64,000 bases of DNA from Porphyridium purpureum (lineage: Eukaryota). This document shows positions 22,377-32,856 of the stretch, piece by piece. The number at the start of each line of letters is the position of its first letter. The stretch's first letter is position 1. The DNA is taken from assembly GCA_008690995.1 (NCBI GenBank), contig VRMN01000008.1, positions 682,001-746,000 of the forward strand, given 5' to 3'. Under the pieces are notes generated by a model, which saw nothing but the letters and a program-made list of their open reading frames with translations, made no database searches and was not told the DNA's origin. The translations under genes and the position numbers were made by a program.

Positions 22377-22639
22377 TCCAAGCCAACTGAAAGAAAGCAA
22401 GGGAAGGAAAAAAAAAAGAAAAGAAGAAAAAAAGGGCAGAACGGAAGCACAGAAGAACCTGACCGATGGCCTTGTCCTTTTCTGCAGGACGCTGGAGCAG
22501 AACAAACCAGTCAAGACGTGTACATATTTCAGAGAAGAGTATTGTGGAATGCGGCGCGATCCGGTCATCTCCTCGGTCGCCGGAAAACGGCAACATGACT
22601 CGAAGCTCGGCTGCGGTACACCGAGGTGGCATGACTTGG

Positions 22640-23677
22640 TCAATCTCGAATCGTTTCGACACAAGCATGCACAAGTTTGGCGTTGAAAAAGTAAAAGTTA
22701 TTGATAGGCTTGTCCTGGCCTGTGACAAGCTTGATGATTTCTCTTGCCCACGCACCACCCAGAATCGCTGAGACTAAAGGCATTGACGTCGCTGCGCTTC
22801 TTGAGCATTCGTCTAATGTGTCCCAGGGCACGCGCTTGTCGTCAAGTCCCTGTTGTTGTGCAAGCTGTTTCGCCATCATTCGGAAGGACTCGAGGTCGCC
22901 CGAGTGCTGCGCGTCGATGCTGCTCGGCAAACGGCCGTGCTCCTTTTCGAAGGCCTCCAACGCTTGTACAACAAAAAATGCCGCCAGCGACCGCCTGGGA
23001 GCGGTCTCCCACCTGGCGTCTCGGCACGCCGAGAAAGCCTGGAAAGAAGCGGCTTCTTCTACGGTGAAAATCTTCTCTTCCGCGCCTTTGAACAATTCGC
23101 GTTTCTCAATCGAGTACACACGATTTTCGCCGGCATCTGTCAGGAAACATCCAAACGGACCAAACGACATGCCGCCCATGTAGGCCACTCCCGTCATGCG
23201 ACAATATCTCGCCAGCTTGAGCGCGACGAGGTCGAACAAGAGACCCACGCGGCACACTACGTTCGGCGCGACTGGCTCATTCGCGCCTGCTCGGTCGTAG
23301 TGATAAAGCGCAGAGACCGATGGCGGATGTTCAGCGCCCAACTCGCAGTCGTTGTTCACAAAATAGTCGTCCAGCACGACAGAATGCACGTGCTTTACGA
23401 GCGGATTCATGTCGCACATGTTGGCCACAAAGCTCATCACATCGTCACCAAACACGCCGCGGCAGCGCGTAGCTGCCTGCGCATCAACGCCATGCGTGCA
23501 CAAAAGCAGCGTGCCCACGCCCGCAAGCACCAAGTTCTTGGCGACCTCTTGCGCGAGTGATTCGCCCATATCTGCGATCAAGAGTACGCGCGCGCCGGTG
23601 ATCGCGCGCTGCGCTTCGACACCCCATAGCCGGATTTGTCGGTCGTACACCTCGTCTGCGCCAGGTTCGTGCTCCAT
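22640..23677 (-). CDS. SAE1: SUMO-activating enzyme subunit 1 (AOS1/SAE1)
   Basis: YDRQIRLWGVEAQ, EVAKNLVLAGVG, AILGGAWAREIIK...PINNFYFFN. Confidence 0.88.
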   Translation of the reverse strand: MEHEPGADEVYDRQIRLWGVEAQRAITGARVLLIADMGESLAQEVAKNLVLAGVGTLLLCTHGVDAQAATRCRGVFGDDVMSFVANMCDMNPLVKHVHSVVLDDYFVNNDCELGAEHPPSVSALYHYDRAGANEPVAPNVVCRVGLLFDLVALKLARYCRMTGVAYMGGMSFGPFGCFLTDAGENRVYSIEKRELFKGAEEKIFTVEEAASFQAFSACRDARWETAPRRSLAAFFVVQALEAFEKEHGRLPSSIDAQHSGDLESFRMMAKQLAQQQGLDDKRVPWDTLDECSRSAATSMPLVSAILGGAWAREIIKLVTGQDKPINNFYFFNAKLVHACVETIRD

Positions 23678-23833
23678 GGCGCTTTCGACCGGCAGCGTCA
23701 CGACCTGTGGCACGCGTCAAACAACGCAGTTTATTGTACAAAGGAAAGCGGGACGGAAACGAGTAAATGGAACACGACTTGGCGACGTGGCGCACACATG
23801 TTCCGCAAAGCTGCAAAGCTGAGCCCGAGCGGG

Positions 23834-24565
23834 CTAGCGACGCCCGTAAATGAACCAGAAGAGAAACGCAAACACGAAAAGAATGACACCTGCCGGCCCG
23901 TACGTCCTTAAAAGTCGCATGCGGTTCGCGTGCTTGGCACTTTCCGAGTACTTTTTCGATTCGCTTGTGAGACGGTAGGACTTTGTCTCAACAGCATCGA
24001 GCCGCTCGCCGCGGCCAAGTACCTCGTTGATATTCTTCGTCATGATATTATGCACGTCCTTGAGCTCTGTATTGAGCTTGTCCAGATTCCTTTGCGTCCG
24101 CGAGTCGGTGTAGAGCTTCTTGGTCTTCTGGATGAATCCGTCGAAGCGGATAAACTCGTATGGCTTGGACGCGCCGGCGACCTGCGCGCCGTACACAGTC
24201 AAGAATTCCTTGCGCAGCTCGTCGATATAGTCGTATGCCAGCTTCCGCGGGTAAGCGCGTTCCGTCAGCGTCAGAAAACAGACGCCACCGTCCACCACAT
24301 AATGGAAGCAGAACGCAGTTCCGCTTTCGACGCTCACAAACGTCTGCGACGCTGTAGGCCCCGGCTTGACGACCACATCTATCGCGTACGCCGTGTTCAT
24401 CCCGGACTCATGCGGCGGCGCCGCACGCGACAATGAGCGCAACAGCTTCTTGGCCTGCCGCTCGTAGGTTTCCATTTCGTTCGCGTGCGCGTCCTTCTCG
24501 TCTGCCATGGACGCGGCGAGCGGGAGGCCGTCGGCCAGCCGCCCGATCATCGTAATCTTTGGCAT
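23834..24565 (-). CDS. SEC22: Longin R-SNARE Sec22
   Basis: MIGRLADGLPLAAS, YPRKLAYDYI, PYEFIRFD, NIMTKNINEVLGRGERLD and a C-terminal TM segment. Confidence 0.95.
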   Translation of the reverse strand: MPKITMIGRLADGLPLAASMADEKDAHANEMETYERQAKKLLRSLSRAAPPHESGMNTAYAIDVVVKPGPTASQTFVSVESGTAFCFHYVVDGGVCFLTLTERAYPRKLAYDYIDELRKEFLTVYGAQVAGASKPYEFIRFDGFIQKTKKLYTDSRTQRNLDKLNTELKDVHNIMTKNINEVLGRGERLDAVETKSYRLTSESKKYSESAKHANRMRLLRTYGPAGVILFVFAFLFWFIYGRR

Positions 24566-24940
24566 CGCTGCGCCAGATCCAGTTCCTCACTGACCTTCAC
24601 GTTCTCGCGCGCGTACGCGCTTCCAAGCTCATGCAGCACACAGCGCCTCTTGCTCACACACCCCCGTCTCCACGCACGCGCGTTGTCCTCCGCAAACTGA
24701 GGACACGAGGAGTCGCACGTGAAGAACGGACGCGGGAAATTACAGGGCGAGGACGGTGGGCGGCTGCGTGGATGATTTGTGGAGTGTGAAAGAGGCGGCG
24801 TTTCGGATTTCGGTGGAAATAAACATAGTTATATTGCTAGTTCTAGCACACAGAAGACATGAAAAGACGCACTGTTTGGTGCCGCGACGCGCGCATGTCC
24901 AAGCCTCGGTTGCGCAGAGGAGTTCAAAGTCACACACGAG

Positions 24941-26008
24941 CTACGCAGGATTCTTAGGAGGTGGGAGGCCGATCCTGCCGCTGCCAGGGAACCCCTTGGC
25001 GCTCATCATCGGCCCGCCAGACTCCTGCAGCCGTTCTTCCTCTAGCACGGCGTCGGCCGTGGCCGTGCCCCAGCGCTTGTAAAACTGCTTTACAATGTCG
25101 ACGTGCTGCTCGCGAAAGTCCTTCTTCGAGAGCTCGTACGTCCTCTTGAACTTGATCTTTGCCAGAAAGCCCGGCACTCCCAGGTACTTTCTGCGTAGAT
25201 CCACTTTGACCTGCGATAATTTGACCGGGCGCAGCAGCAGGTGCATGATGAGATGATTATCCTCCGAGTTGCGCACAAACTCAAAGACGCGCTCGTCGTA
25301 GCGGTCCTTATCACCGGCCGAGTACACTTGTAGCAATGCCGGCGGGAGCGACTTTTCCTGCTCGCCCATGTACTCGAGCAAGGGCGGAGAGAACTTATCC
25401 ACTGCGACCACAAGCGCCGGGAGCACTTCCCCGGCCGGCAGGTTCGCAAAGCGGTCCTGGCACGAGAAGATGTCGTCCAGCCGTCCGACGAGACTTTCCT
25501 TCAGCGCGATTCTTCTTCGCTCCTCCAGCGCGCCGTTCAGCGAGGTTGCTGCCTCGACCCACGGCATGAGCAGTTTCTCCTCGTACTGGAAGTACCACTG
25601 CACGAACATCTCAAAGATGCTGAACCAGTCGTAAAAGTCCTCGATATCTTCGTGAGTGAGATCGAGCACACGCTTCTGCATGGACGCGACGAGGTAGTAC
25701 ATATCCTGGAGCTCCCTCCGAATGGCGTTGTGCGGCCACGCGACGACGTCCACCTCCCACTTTCCGTGGCCAAACTCGCACATGGCGAGCACGGGCTCCT
25801 TGAGCACGGTCTCTGTCATCTTGCGCATGCGCACCGACGACATCCGCTGCGAGCCGAGCTTCTGCGACGCCCCGGAGCCCACTGCCAGCCGCTGCGAACC
25901 CATGCGCTGCGAGCCCATGCGCTGCGAGCCCATGCGCTGCGAGCCCGCCGCCACGGCCGTCACGCCGGCCGACGAGCGGTCGCCCACATGCCCCCCGGCC
26001 TCTGCCAT
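24941..26008 (-). CDS. Hemerythrin-like fold protein (degenerate metal ligands)
   Basis: PHNAIRREL...YFQYEEKLLMPW...YMGEQEKSLPP has hemerythrin helix spacing; N-terminal GSQRM repeats. Confidence 0.6.
   Translation of the reverse strand: MAEAGGHVGDRSSAGVTAVAAGSQRMGSQRMGSQRMGSQRLAVGSGASQKLGSQRMSSVRMRKMTETVLKEPVLAMCEFGHGKWEVDVVAWPHNAIRRELQDMYYLVASMQKRVLDLTHEDIEDFYDWFSIFEMFVQWYFQYEEKLLMPWVEAATSLNGALEERRRIALKESLVGRLDDIFSCQDRFANLPAGEVLPALVVAVDKFSPPLLEYMGEQEKSLPPALLQVYSAGDKDRYDERVFEFVRNSEDNHLIMHLLLRPVKLSQVKVDLRRKYLGVPGFLAKIKFKRTYELSKKDFREQHVDIVKQFYKRWGTATADAVLEEERLQESGGPMMSAKGFPGSGRIGLPPPKNPA
25890..25946 (-). repeat. 15-bp coding tandem repeat (GSQRM x~4)
   Basis: CCCATGCGCTGCGAG units on the plus strand. 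Confidence 0.9.
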
Positions 26009-26790
26009 CTACAATACCCCCCCAACGTCCCCTTCCCGTCACCCCCACCACCAATTCCTCCCCCTTCCACACAACAACTCGCCCCCTCTCCCCACTTATC
26101 ACCATTCCCCGCACGCCACCCCAGCCCTTCTTGTTCCTCGCTTTCAAAGAGTTCCACAGGCGCGAACCACAGCGCCACGCGGTGCTCGCTCATCAAGCGC
26201 GTTTTTCGCCTACGAGCGCGATTTTCCGCCTGGACCGGTTCCACCCCGCTCAACGACTCGGTGAACCGATTAAGGACCCACCGACAGTAACCGTTGGATC
26301 CGACACGCCGGAATGCGGCATGCGGCGTGCGGCATTACGGGACTGTACCCACAGCCGGGGTGTACTGTGAGCACTGCACTGACTGCTCCCCGCGCTGCGG
26401 TGGTGGGGGAGAGAGAGTGGAGAGAGAGGGGGAAGAGAGGAAGGAAGAAGGAGTTGTGTTTGGTGGCACAGAGTGAGGAACGGTGGGGTTCATGCTCCGG
26501 GATACACAGGTGCTCATGCTGTCCGCTTCGGGAAGGAGCGGTGTTCAATCGGAAACTCAGCCAACGGAAATTACTGTCGCATGCGTGTGCAGACCGCGTG
26601 GTTTGTGCGGATATCCGCATATGAAAACACCGCCGCGTTGATAGAGAGACGTGCGGGAGACGCGCGATGGCAGCGGGACGGAAACCCTAGGTGTGCTTTG
26701 TCGGGGTTTTGGTTGATAGGGTGAAAGGTGGTTGGGGGAGGAGAGGGGAAAAGGTGCGGGGGGTAGAGAGATGCGGTGGGTTAGTGCTTG

Positions 26791-29343
26791 ATGTTGTTTG
26801 TCGGTGGCGGTCCGGCGGCGGCGCTCCGGCGGCACGGTGCATGGAGGCGTTCGGAATGGGTGTGTGAACCGCCACAGCAAGCGACGCGCGCGGCTGTGCG
26901 CGCGGCCGTGCGGGTGCGCCCCGTGCGAGCAGGACGAACGACCTCGCGCGCGAGCAGGCGTGATGCTGCGACGCGCAGTCAGGGGATTGAGGAAGCCGAG
27001 CATGATGCGCAGAATACCCGCAAGACGCGGAGTACGCGCGGACGCGCGAGAAAGCATCAGCAGCAGGGTGTCAGTGTGCAACAGTATGTGGAGCATTTCA
27101 GCGACTTGCTGGCGATGGAGATGGAGGCCGAGGCGGAGCGGTTGCGTGCCATGCTCGCGCACGGCGCGCAAAGCGATCCGCGCAGGTGGCGTGCGCTGGA
27201 GCAAAGTGGCGCGGCGCTCTTTGATCTCGTTCTGATCGAGCGCGCCGGAGACTTGTTCGGAAACATCGTGTACGAGCTGAGGCCTCCTTCGTCCAGCCAG
27301 TCAAAGATGGGCCCCCGAGGCTCACGCCTGGCGTTTTCAGCGGGCGATTCGGTCTGCTTGCGCAACGACAGGATGGGCGTCAATATTGATGCGCTCTTTT
27401 TTGAGTCGCGGCTCCCGGACGGCGGGCCGGCCGGGGTCAGCGTCGTGGTCGAGCCAGAGCGGGTGTTAGCAGCCGCAGGGAAAGCGAACTCGATCGGAGG
27501 ACCGGGCTGGAGCCTTTTCGTCGGCCTGGATTACACCACTTTTCAGCGCTATGGCGAGGCGCTGCAGGGCATGTATGAGCTGAGCGGCTTTAGGAGCAAA
27601 GAAGGTCCGACGCGCTTTTTACAGCGGCTCGAAACGCAACTGGACATGCACGCTAAATCTCGAGCAAGTGCGGCTGCTAAGGAGAAGGCTTCTACCGTCG
27701 CTGGCTCCGCCCTTGCGAACAAGGATATGCTAAGACTGCTTGTCGGTTCGTTTGAAGCGAGTGAGGTGGTCTCCATGCGCGAGTTCATGAGCAAACCGGT
27801 ACCCGAATCGTGTGATCAAGTCTCCTTTGGGCCGGCGGACACGCAGCAACGGAAAGGTCAGCTCGAAGAGCTTGCTCGCGCGTACCCAAGCTTTGGATCA
27901 GCGGCGCGGAAAGACCAGGTGTCTGGCCTGGTGAAGCGATACACACGGCTGAATACGTCGCAACGCACCGCGCTCAATTATGTTCTGGGGCGCACCTTTT
28001 CGCTCATCCAGGGTCCGCCAGGCTCAGGCAAGACACTAACTTTATGCCACGCCATTCATGCCATGCATGCGCTCGGGCGCGGCCCCATTCTGGCGGTTGC
28101 GTTTTCCAACGTGGCGACCGATCATTTGCTCTCGGGTGTTCTCCAAGTGTTTCGGCATGAAGCGCAGCAGCACCAGAAGGAGCAGCGCTTTCGTGTTGTG
28201 CGGGTTGGGCGCGCCGTCGCGGTAAACCCGCAGTTGTGGGACGTCACGCTGGACGCTCTTGTGGGCAAGCGGCAAGCCGTGAAAGATGCGCGCGCGCACT
28301 TGGCCGGCGTGTACAGGAAGAACATGGACAAACCAAATCCAAAGTTGGTGCAGGCAGCCAGTCGCGAGCTGCGGCTCGTCGAAGAACGCGCCGCGCTCGA
28401 TATTCTGAAATCTGCAGACGTCGTGGTGACTACGTGTGTAGCATCTGGCGCAAGATTACTTCGAGACGTCGCCTTCCGGTGCGTGGTCCAGGACGAGAGT
28501 AGCCAGGCGCCCGAGCCAGCATGCCTCGTGCCTCTGATTCGCACGTACCACTCCGTGCAGCAAGTCATCTTGGCAGGTGACCACCACCAGCTTCCGCCGA
28601 CGGTGTCAAGCAGAGGCGCAGCGCTGCGAGGGCTTGACCTCTCGCTGTTTAGTCGACTTTTCTGCAACGGAATTTCAAAGCACATCCTGCGCGAGCAGTA
28701 TCGAATGCACCCGCAGATCGCCGCGCTTTGCTCCAAGGCATTTTACTTCAATCGTCTTAGCAGCGCTTGTCGCGCCGAAGAGCGAACGCCACCGCGTGAT
28801 TTTAAGTGGCCCGATGTGTCGTGTCCTATAACATGGGTGGATGTAAGCGATGGCATCGAATGCCGCGATACAGAAGGTGCCGACTCGGAGGAAGCCGCGC
28901 CGCGTCGTTTCAGCCTGCGCAATGAACGCGAGGCTGCAGTGGTAACGAAAATTTTAACGCAGCTTCTGCTGCCTATTGACACCGCAGAGCTTGGTGGACC
29001 TGATGTAGGTGTGATTACTCCGTACGCTGCTCAAGTTCGTTGCCTTGGAAATTGCCTTCATGCTGCCGGGCTGTCGGACGCTGGTATTGAAATCAGCACG
29101 GTGGACGGCTTCCAGGGCCGCGAGAAGGAGCTCATTGTCCTCAGCACGGTGAGATCGAACGACAGTGGTACGCTTGGCTTTGTGTCGGATTGGCGGCGGC
29201 TGAACGTGGCTGCTTCACGCGCAAGGCGCGGGCTGATTGTCGTGGGCAGCTTGCGCACGTTGCGCGCCGGTGGCGATCCATGGAAGAGCTGGATCTTTGA
29301 GTTGGACAAGCGAAAAGTCATAGTGGACTGTGGCGAGCGGTAG
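26791..29343 (+). CDS. UPF1-like SF1B helicase (SMUBP-2/DNA2-NAM7 family), probably plastid-targeted
   Basis: LIQGPPGSGKT, SNVATD, DESSQ, GDHHQLPP, QYRMHP, VITPYAAQ, TVDGFQGREK, RRLNVAASRAR. N-terminus MLFVGG is Arg/Ala-rich. Confidence 0.9.
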   Translation: MLFVGGGPAAALRRHGAWRRSEWVCEPPQQATRAAVRAAVRVRPVRAGRTTSRASRRDAATRSQGIEEAEHDAQNTRKTRSTRGRARKHQQQGVSVQQYVEHFSDLLAMEMEAEAERLRAMLAHGAQSDPRRWRALEQSGAALFDLVLIERAGDLFGNIVYELRPPSSSQSKMGPRGSRLAFSAGDSVCLRNDRMGVNIDALFFESRLPDGGPAGVSVVVEPERVLAAAGKANSIGGPGWSLFVGLDYTTFQRYGEALQGMYELSGFRSKEGPTRFLQRLETQLDMHAKSRASAAAKEKASTVAGSALANKDMLRLLVGSFEASEVVSMREFMSKPVPESCDQVSFGPADTQQRKGQLEELARAYPSFGSAARKDQVSGLVKRYTRLNTSQRTALNYVLGRTFSLIQGPPGSGKTLTLCHAIHAMHALGRGPILAVAFSNVATDHLLSGVLQVFRHEAQQHQKEQRFRVVRVGRAVAVNPQLWDVTLDALVGKRQAVKDARAHLAGVYRKNMDKPNPKLVQAASRELRLVEERAALDILKSADVVVTTCVASGARLLRDVAFRCVVQDESSQAPEPACLVPLIRTYHSVQQVILAGDHHQLPPTVSSRGAALRGLDLSLFSRLFCNGISKHILREQYRMHPQIAALCSKAFYFNRLSSACRAEERTPPRDFKWPDVSCPITWVDVSDGIECRDTEGADSEEAAPRRFSLRNEREAAVVTKILTQLLLPIDTAELGGPDVGVITPYAAQVRCLGNCLHAAGLSDAGIEISTVDGFQGREKELIVLSTVRSNDSGTLGFVSDWRRLNVAASRARRGLIVVGSLRTLRAGGDPWKSWIFELDKRKVIVDCGER

Positions 29344-29603
29344 CAAGATGAAGCTTCCACTGGAAAACGAGAGACGACATGCTGGTGAGGAAAGTTGCAC
29401 GCGACGAAGAAACCTCAGCAGAATAAGAACACATTATTGTCGTTGTTGTTGATCGTGATAATGCTGTTGAAAGGAGCTGGGTTCGGTAGCCTCGCAAACC
29501 TATTCAGATGATGATAGTGATTCACCTATGAGTTTCGCTCCCCTTGTATATTTGACCGCAAGCGCGGAACAGTATGGCCAGTGTGCGATGCAGAATCAAC
29601 ACG

Positions 29604-30079
29604 CTAATCCATAAAGTCATCGGGCGACAGGCGGTCGAGGAAGCGCGGCTGGATTCCTGTGCCATTGCAGTTGTCACATTCGACAGCACCCTTACCTTCG
29701 CAGAATGAGCACGGCTCTTCTTGGCTTTTAAATACGGGATCGAGCCCGTTGCCCTTGCAAATCCCGCATGTCACCTGCTTGGACCCCTTGCAGTCAAAGC
29801 ACGGCTGGTCATTCACCCGCTGCTCCGTTCGCAGGCCCTGATTTTCCGTCCACGCGACGAGGCCGATCCCGCCGCCGACGCCCAGCAGTGCGGTCACCAC
29901 GGCGATCACGGTATTCGTGTCGACCACCAACATGTTGAGCGACGCCGCGCGCGGCCGCGCGATGGCAGACGCCCCAGCACCCCGCGCGCGCCGCGACGCG
30001 GTCCGCCCGCGCATACCACCTTTTGCGCCGCCGCGGGCGTCCAGGCGCACCCGCCCGCACCTCCGCATACAAACGCCAT
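29604..30079 (-). CDS. LQY1: LQY1-like DnaJ-type Zn-finger thylakoid protein (apparent frameshift near 5' end)
   Basis: DTNTVIA-TM-ENQ...NDQPCFDCKGS, four CxxCxGxG-type repeats, IQPRFLDR...DD. The MAFV ATG at 30079 is one base out of frame; an in-frame alternative ATG lies at 30131. Confidence 0.75.
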
Positions 30080-30440
30080 CGCCCAATCCACCCGCTCCAC
30101 CGTTCGCCGACGTCCGCAACCCACCCGCCATCGCGCCCCGGGAACACATTCAACGCGGCAGTTCAAAATCTCACTCGATCTCGCCTACCAAGAAACCCTA
30201 ACCCTAATGGTCTCGTGCCGCTCTCATAAATCGACCCGATTTACTCAGTAAAATGTACACTCGACTGTACATTCTGCGGGTGCTTGCGCCGGTTGGACAA
30301 AGTGGTTGCGCAGCTGAGTGACTGGGGCGCAAGGCGTAAAGAGTTGCCTGCGGCTTGCGCGTGGCTGCGCGCGCGGCCCGGACGTGGAGCCGCTGCATGC
30401 TTGATGCGGCGGCAGTGATACAGGAGCAGCAACTTTTGCG

Positions 30441-31244
30441 ATGGGACGTGGGAAAAGTGAGGAGCCGGCAAGCGGCGCGGAATCGACGCGCGGTCGGCTC
30501 TGCTTCTTGGATATTGCTGTCGGGGACTTGCAGGCACAGGCAGCAGAGGATGAACGCTTTGCGGGAGTGGAGCGGTTTTTGGCAGAGTATGGCGAGTCGC
30601 TTGGAGTAGGGGCAACTCGGATCTGTGACTTTGTGGATGACGAGCAACACGAGCTTTTTGCCGAGATGTATGCGTCGCATCCCGCCGGGAGCAGCGTGCA
30701 TCCATTGCTGCAGCCAGGGCAGCGACCCACCACACGTTTCGAGCACGTGAAGCGGTTTCGAATCGGCATCGAGGTGTACGAGGAGCTGGTTCCCAAGACC
30801 GCGCAGAATTTTGTGGCGCTGTGCACCGGTGAAAAGGGCATTGGCAAGGTGGCCAAGAAGCCGCTCCACTACAAGAATGTGCCGTTTCATCGCGTCGAGC
30901 ACGCCCTCATGCAGGGCGGCGATATTACTCGCTTTGATGGTTCGGGCGGGGAAAGCATCTACGGCAAGCCGTTCATCGATGAGAAGAGCCACATGCGCCA
31001 CGATCGGGCGGGTATCGTGAGTATGGCAAACAGCGGCTCGAAGAATTCAAATAGCTCGCAGTTTTTCATCTTGTTTGGGCCGCTGCGTCAGCTGGACGCG
31101 GGCAAGACGCACCACACTATTTTTGGCTGTGTGATTGATGAGGACCTGCCCAAGCTGGAGAGTATCCGCCAGCTCGCGGCGTCGGCATCTGGGATGCCCA
31201 CGCAGCCGGTCACGATTCTGGACTGTGGCTTGCTCAAGCTGTGA
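30441..31244 (+). CDS. Cyclophilin-type peptidyl-prolyl isomerase with N-terminal insertion
   Basis: VPKTAQNFVALCTGEKG, LHYK, FHRV, QGGD, GGESIYG, SMANSG, NSSQFF. Confidence 0.92.
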   Translation: MGRGKSEEPASGAESTRGRLCFLDIAVGDLQAQAAEDERFAGVERFLAEYGESLGVGATRICDFVDDEQHELFAEMYASHPAGSSVHPLLQPGQRPTTRFEHVKRFRIGIEVYEELVPKTAQNFVALCTGEKGIGKVAKKPLHYKNVPFHRVEHALMQGGDITRFDGSGGESIYGKPFIDEKSHMRHDRAGIVSMANSGSKNSNSSQFFILFGPLRQLDAGKTHHTIFGCVIDEDLPKLESIRQLAASASGMPTQPVTILDCGLLKL

Positions 31245-31441
31245 AATGAATTGTGTAAAAAGGGGGCTCGTCGCTTGTGTACGGTACGGGGAGGTACGAC
31301 TTGGTTGGGCATGCAGCCTTCCAGAGACAAGCTCCCACGAGCCATGAAATGACAATCAACTGTGTTTAGTAAAATTAGGCCGATCGCTCGGTGGTAAGTA
31401 GTGTATGGCGCTTAGCTGCCTTGCTTCTTGACCGAGTAGAA

Positions 31442-32170
31442 CTAGAGCTGCAGCATTTTCGACAGAAACGTTTTCTCCTCCTTCTTGCTCATCGAGCCCG
31501 GAGACGGGCCGCGCGGGCTGATGGGTGGTTTGGCCGCACTTTGTAACGGCGAGTCTGAAACATCCAGTCTCCCAGAGCGAGACTTTGGATTCACAGCCGC
31601 TTCATCGACTTGCAGATTGCCGGTGCCTCTGCTCCTGGCCGCGGCGCGCGGTGACAAAGGCGCGGCCGAACTGCCTGCGCCCGCCGCTGAGGACACCGCG
31701 GCGGCCTGGCTCCATGCCGGCGACAAGGCACCCAGCGACGCCGGCCGCTTTGGCAGGACGCGCTTTTTGGGTTTTTCCTGTTGCCGGCGCGATGGCGGAA
31801 TCTGCTCCAACTCGGCATCGCTGATCCGCTTGCTCGTCTTGGCCTTGTTCTCCAGACTCAGCGCTTCCAAGCTGCCGTGCCCGCCCCGCACAAAGCTTGA
31901 GCGCTGCTCGTCCTTCGAGGGCCGGCCGGACTCATCGTCCACGTCGTTGGGCTCGCCCGAGCAATTTGTCACAAACAGTGAGCCAGACTGGCGCGTCTTG
32001 AGCTTGTCCGGTCTTCGGGACGGCACGTCTGTCATGACCGGTGAAAGGGTAGCGGCCGCCATGGTCAGCGGAGTCGGTGCGGTCTTACTCGAAACCAACG
32101 GGCCTGAGCTTGGAACAACTCCGTCTGCCGAGGTCTGTGCGGTGGCGTCCTGAGTATCTCTGCCATGCAT
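31442..32170 (-). CDS. Hypothetical low-complexity Ser/Pro-rich protein
   Basis: 242-aa ATG-initiated ORF, disordered composition, no family motif. Confidence 0.55.
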   Translation of the reverse strand: MHGRDTQDATAQTSADGVVPSSGPLVSSKTAPTPLTMAAATLSPVMTDVPSRRPDKLKTRQSGSLFVTNCSGEPNDVDDESGRPSKDEQRSSFVRGGHGSLEALSLENKAKTSKRISDAELEQIPPSRRQQEKPKKRVLPKRPASLGALSPAWSQAAAVSSAAGAGSSAAPLSPRAAARSRGTGNLQVDEAAVNPKSRSGRLDVSDSPLQSAAKPPISPRGPSPGSMSKKEEKTFLSKMLQL

Positions 32171-32643
32171 GCTGAAAGGCCCTCCGTGTCACCTGCGCAC
32201 AGCGCTCTCGCGTGACCGGCGCACGCTATATACGCCGTGTGCAAAGAGCACACTTCCACTTCCCCCGGCGCAAGACCCACCCAACCGGATCACTCCCGCT
32301 CCTCTGAAGCAAGCGCCTGCGCGACGATGCACGTGCCGCAGCTGCTGCGAAGCTTTGCGCCCGCGAGGCGTCGGCGCCTTGTCAGCGCGCACTCGCGCGG
32401 CGTCCACGTGCGAAAGCAGGTTGCTGCGCGCGGTCCTGGGTGACGCGTCTGACTAGCGCTTACGCTGCACCACGAAGGCGCGTCGCCCCCCAACCACCGA
32501 ACTCACGGCGCGATGCGACGCGCGCACGCGCACTGACTGACAAGGAATTCGGCCGCGCAACGCCGCGCAGTTTACGACTCCTGTTGGCAAGTGCGTGTGA
32601 CAGCCACCCCGCGTGAATCGCTCCACACGCAGCGCGCGGCGCG

Positions 32644-32856
32644 GTGTGTGTGTCTGTCTGTGTGCGTCTGTGTGTGCGTCTGTGTGTGTCGTGCGTGTCG
32701 TGAGTGCGTGCGTGTGATGGATGGCTTTCAGCGCACCAAGAATCTTCCGTGCAGCCATGCGCATGTCAGCGCAGCACGTGGACGCGCATCGCTAGACAAG
32801 TCCCTCCTGCAGCGCTCAGCCTTCCACAAACACACAAGCACACACACACACACACA
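32644..32856. repeat. TG-rich and (CA)n microsatellite region
   Basis: GTGTGTGTGTCTGTCTGTGTGCG... followed by CACACACACACACACA. Confidence 0.8.
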
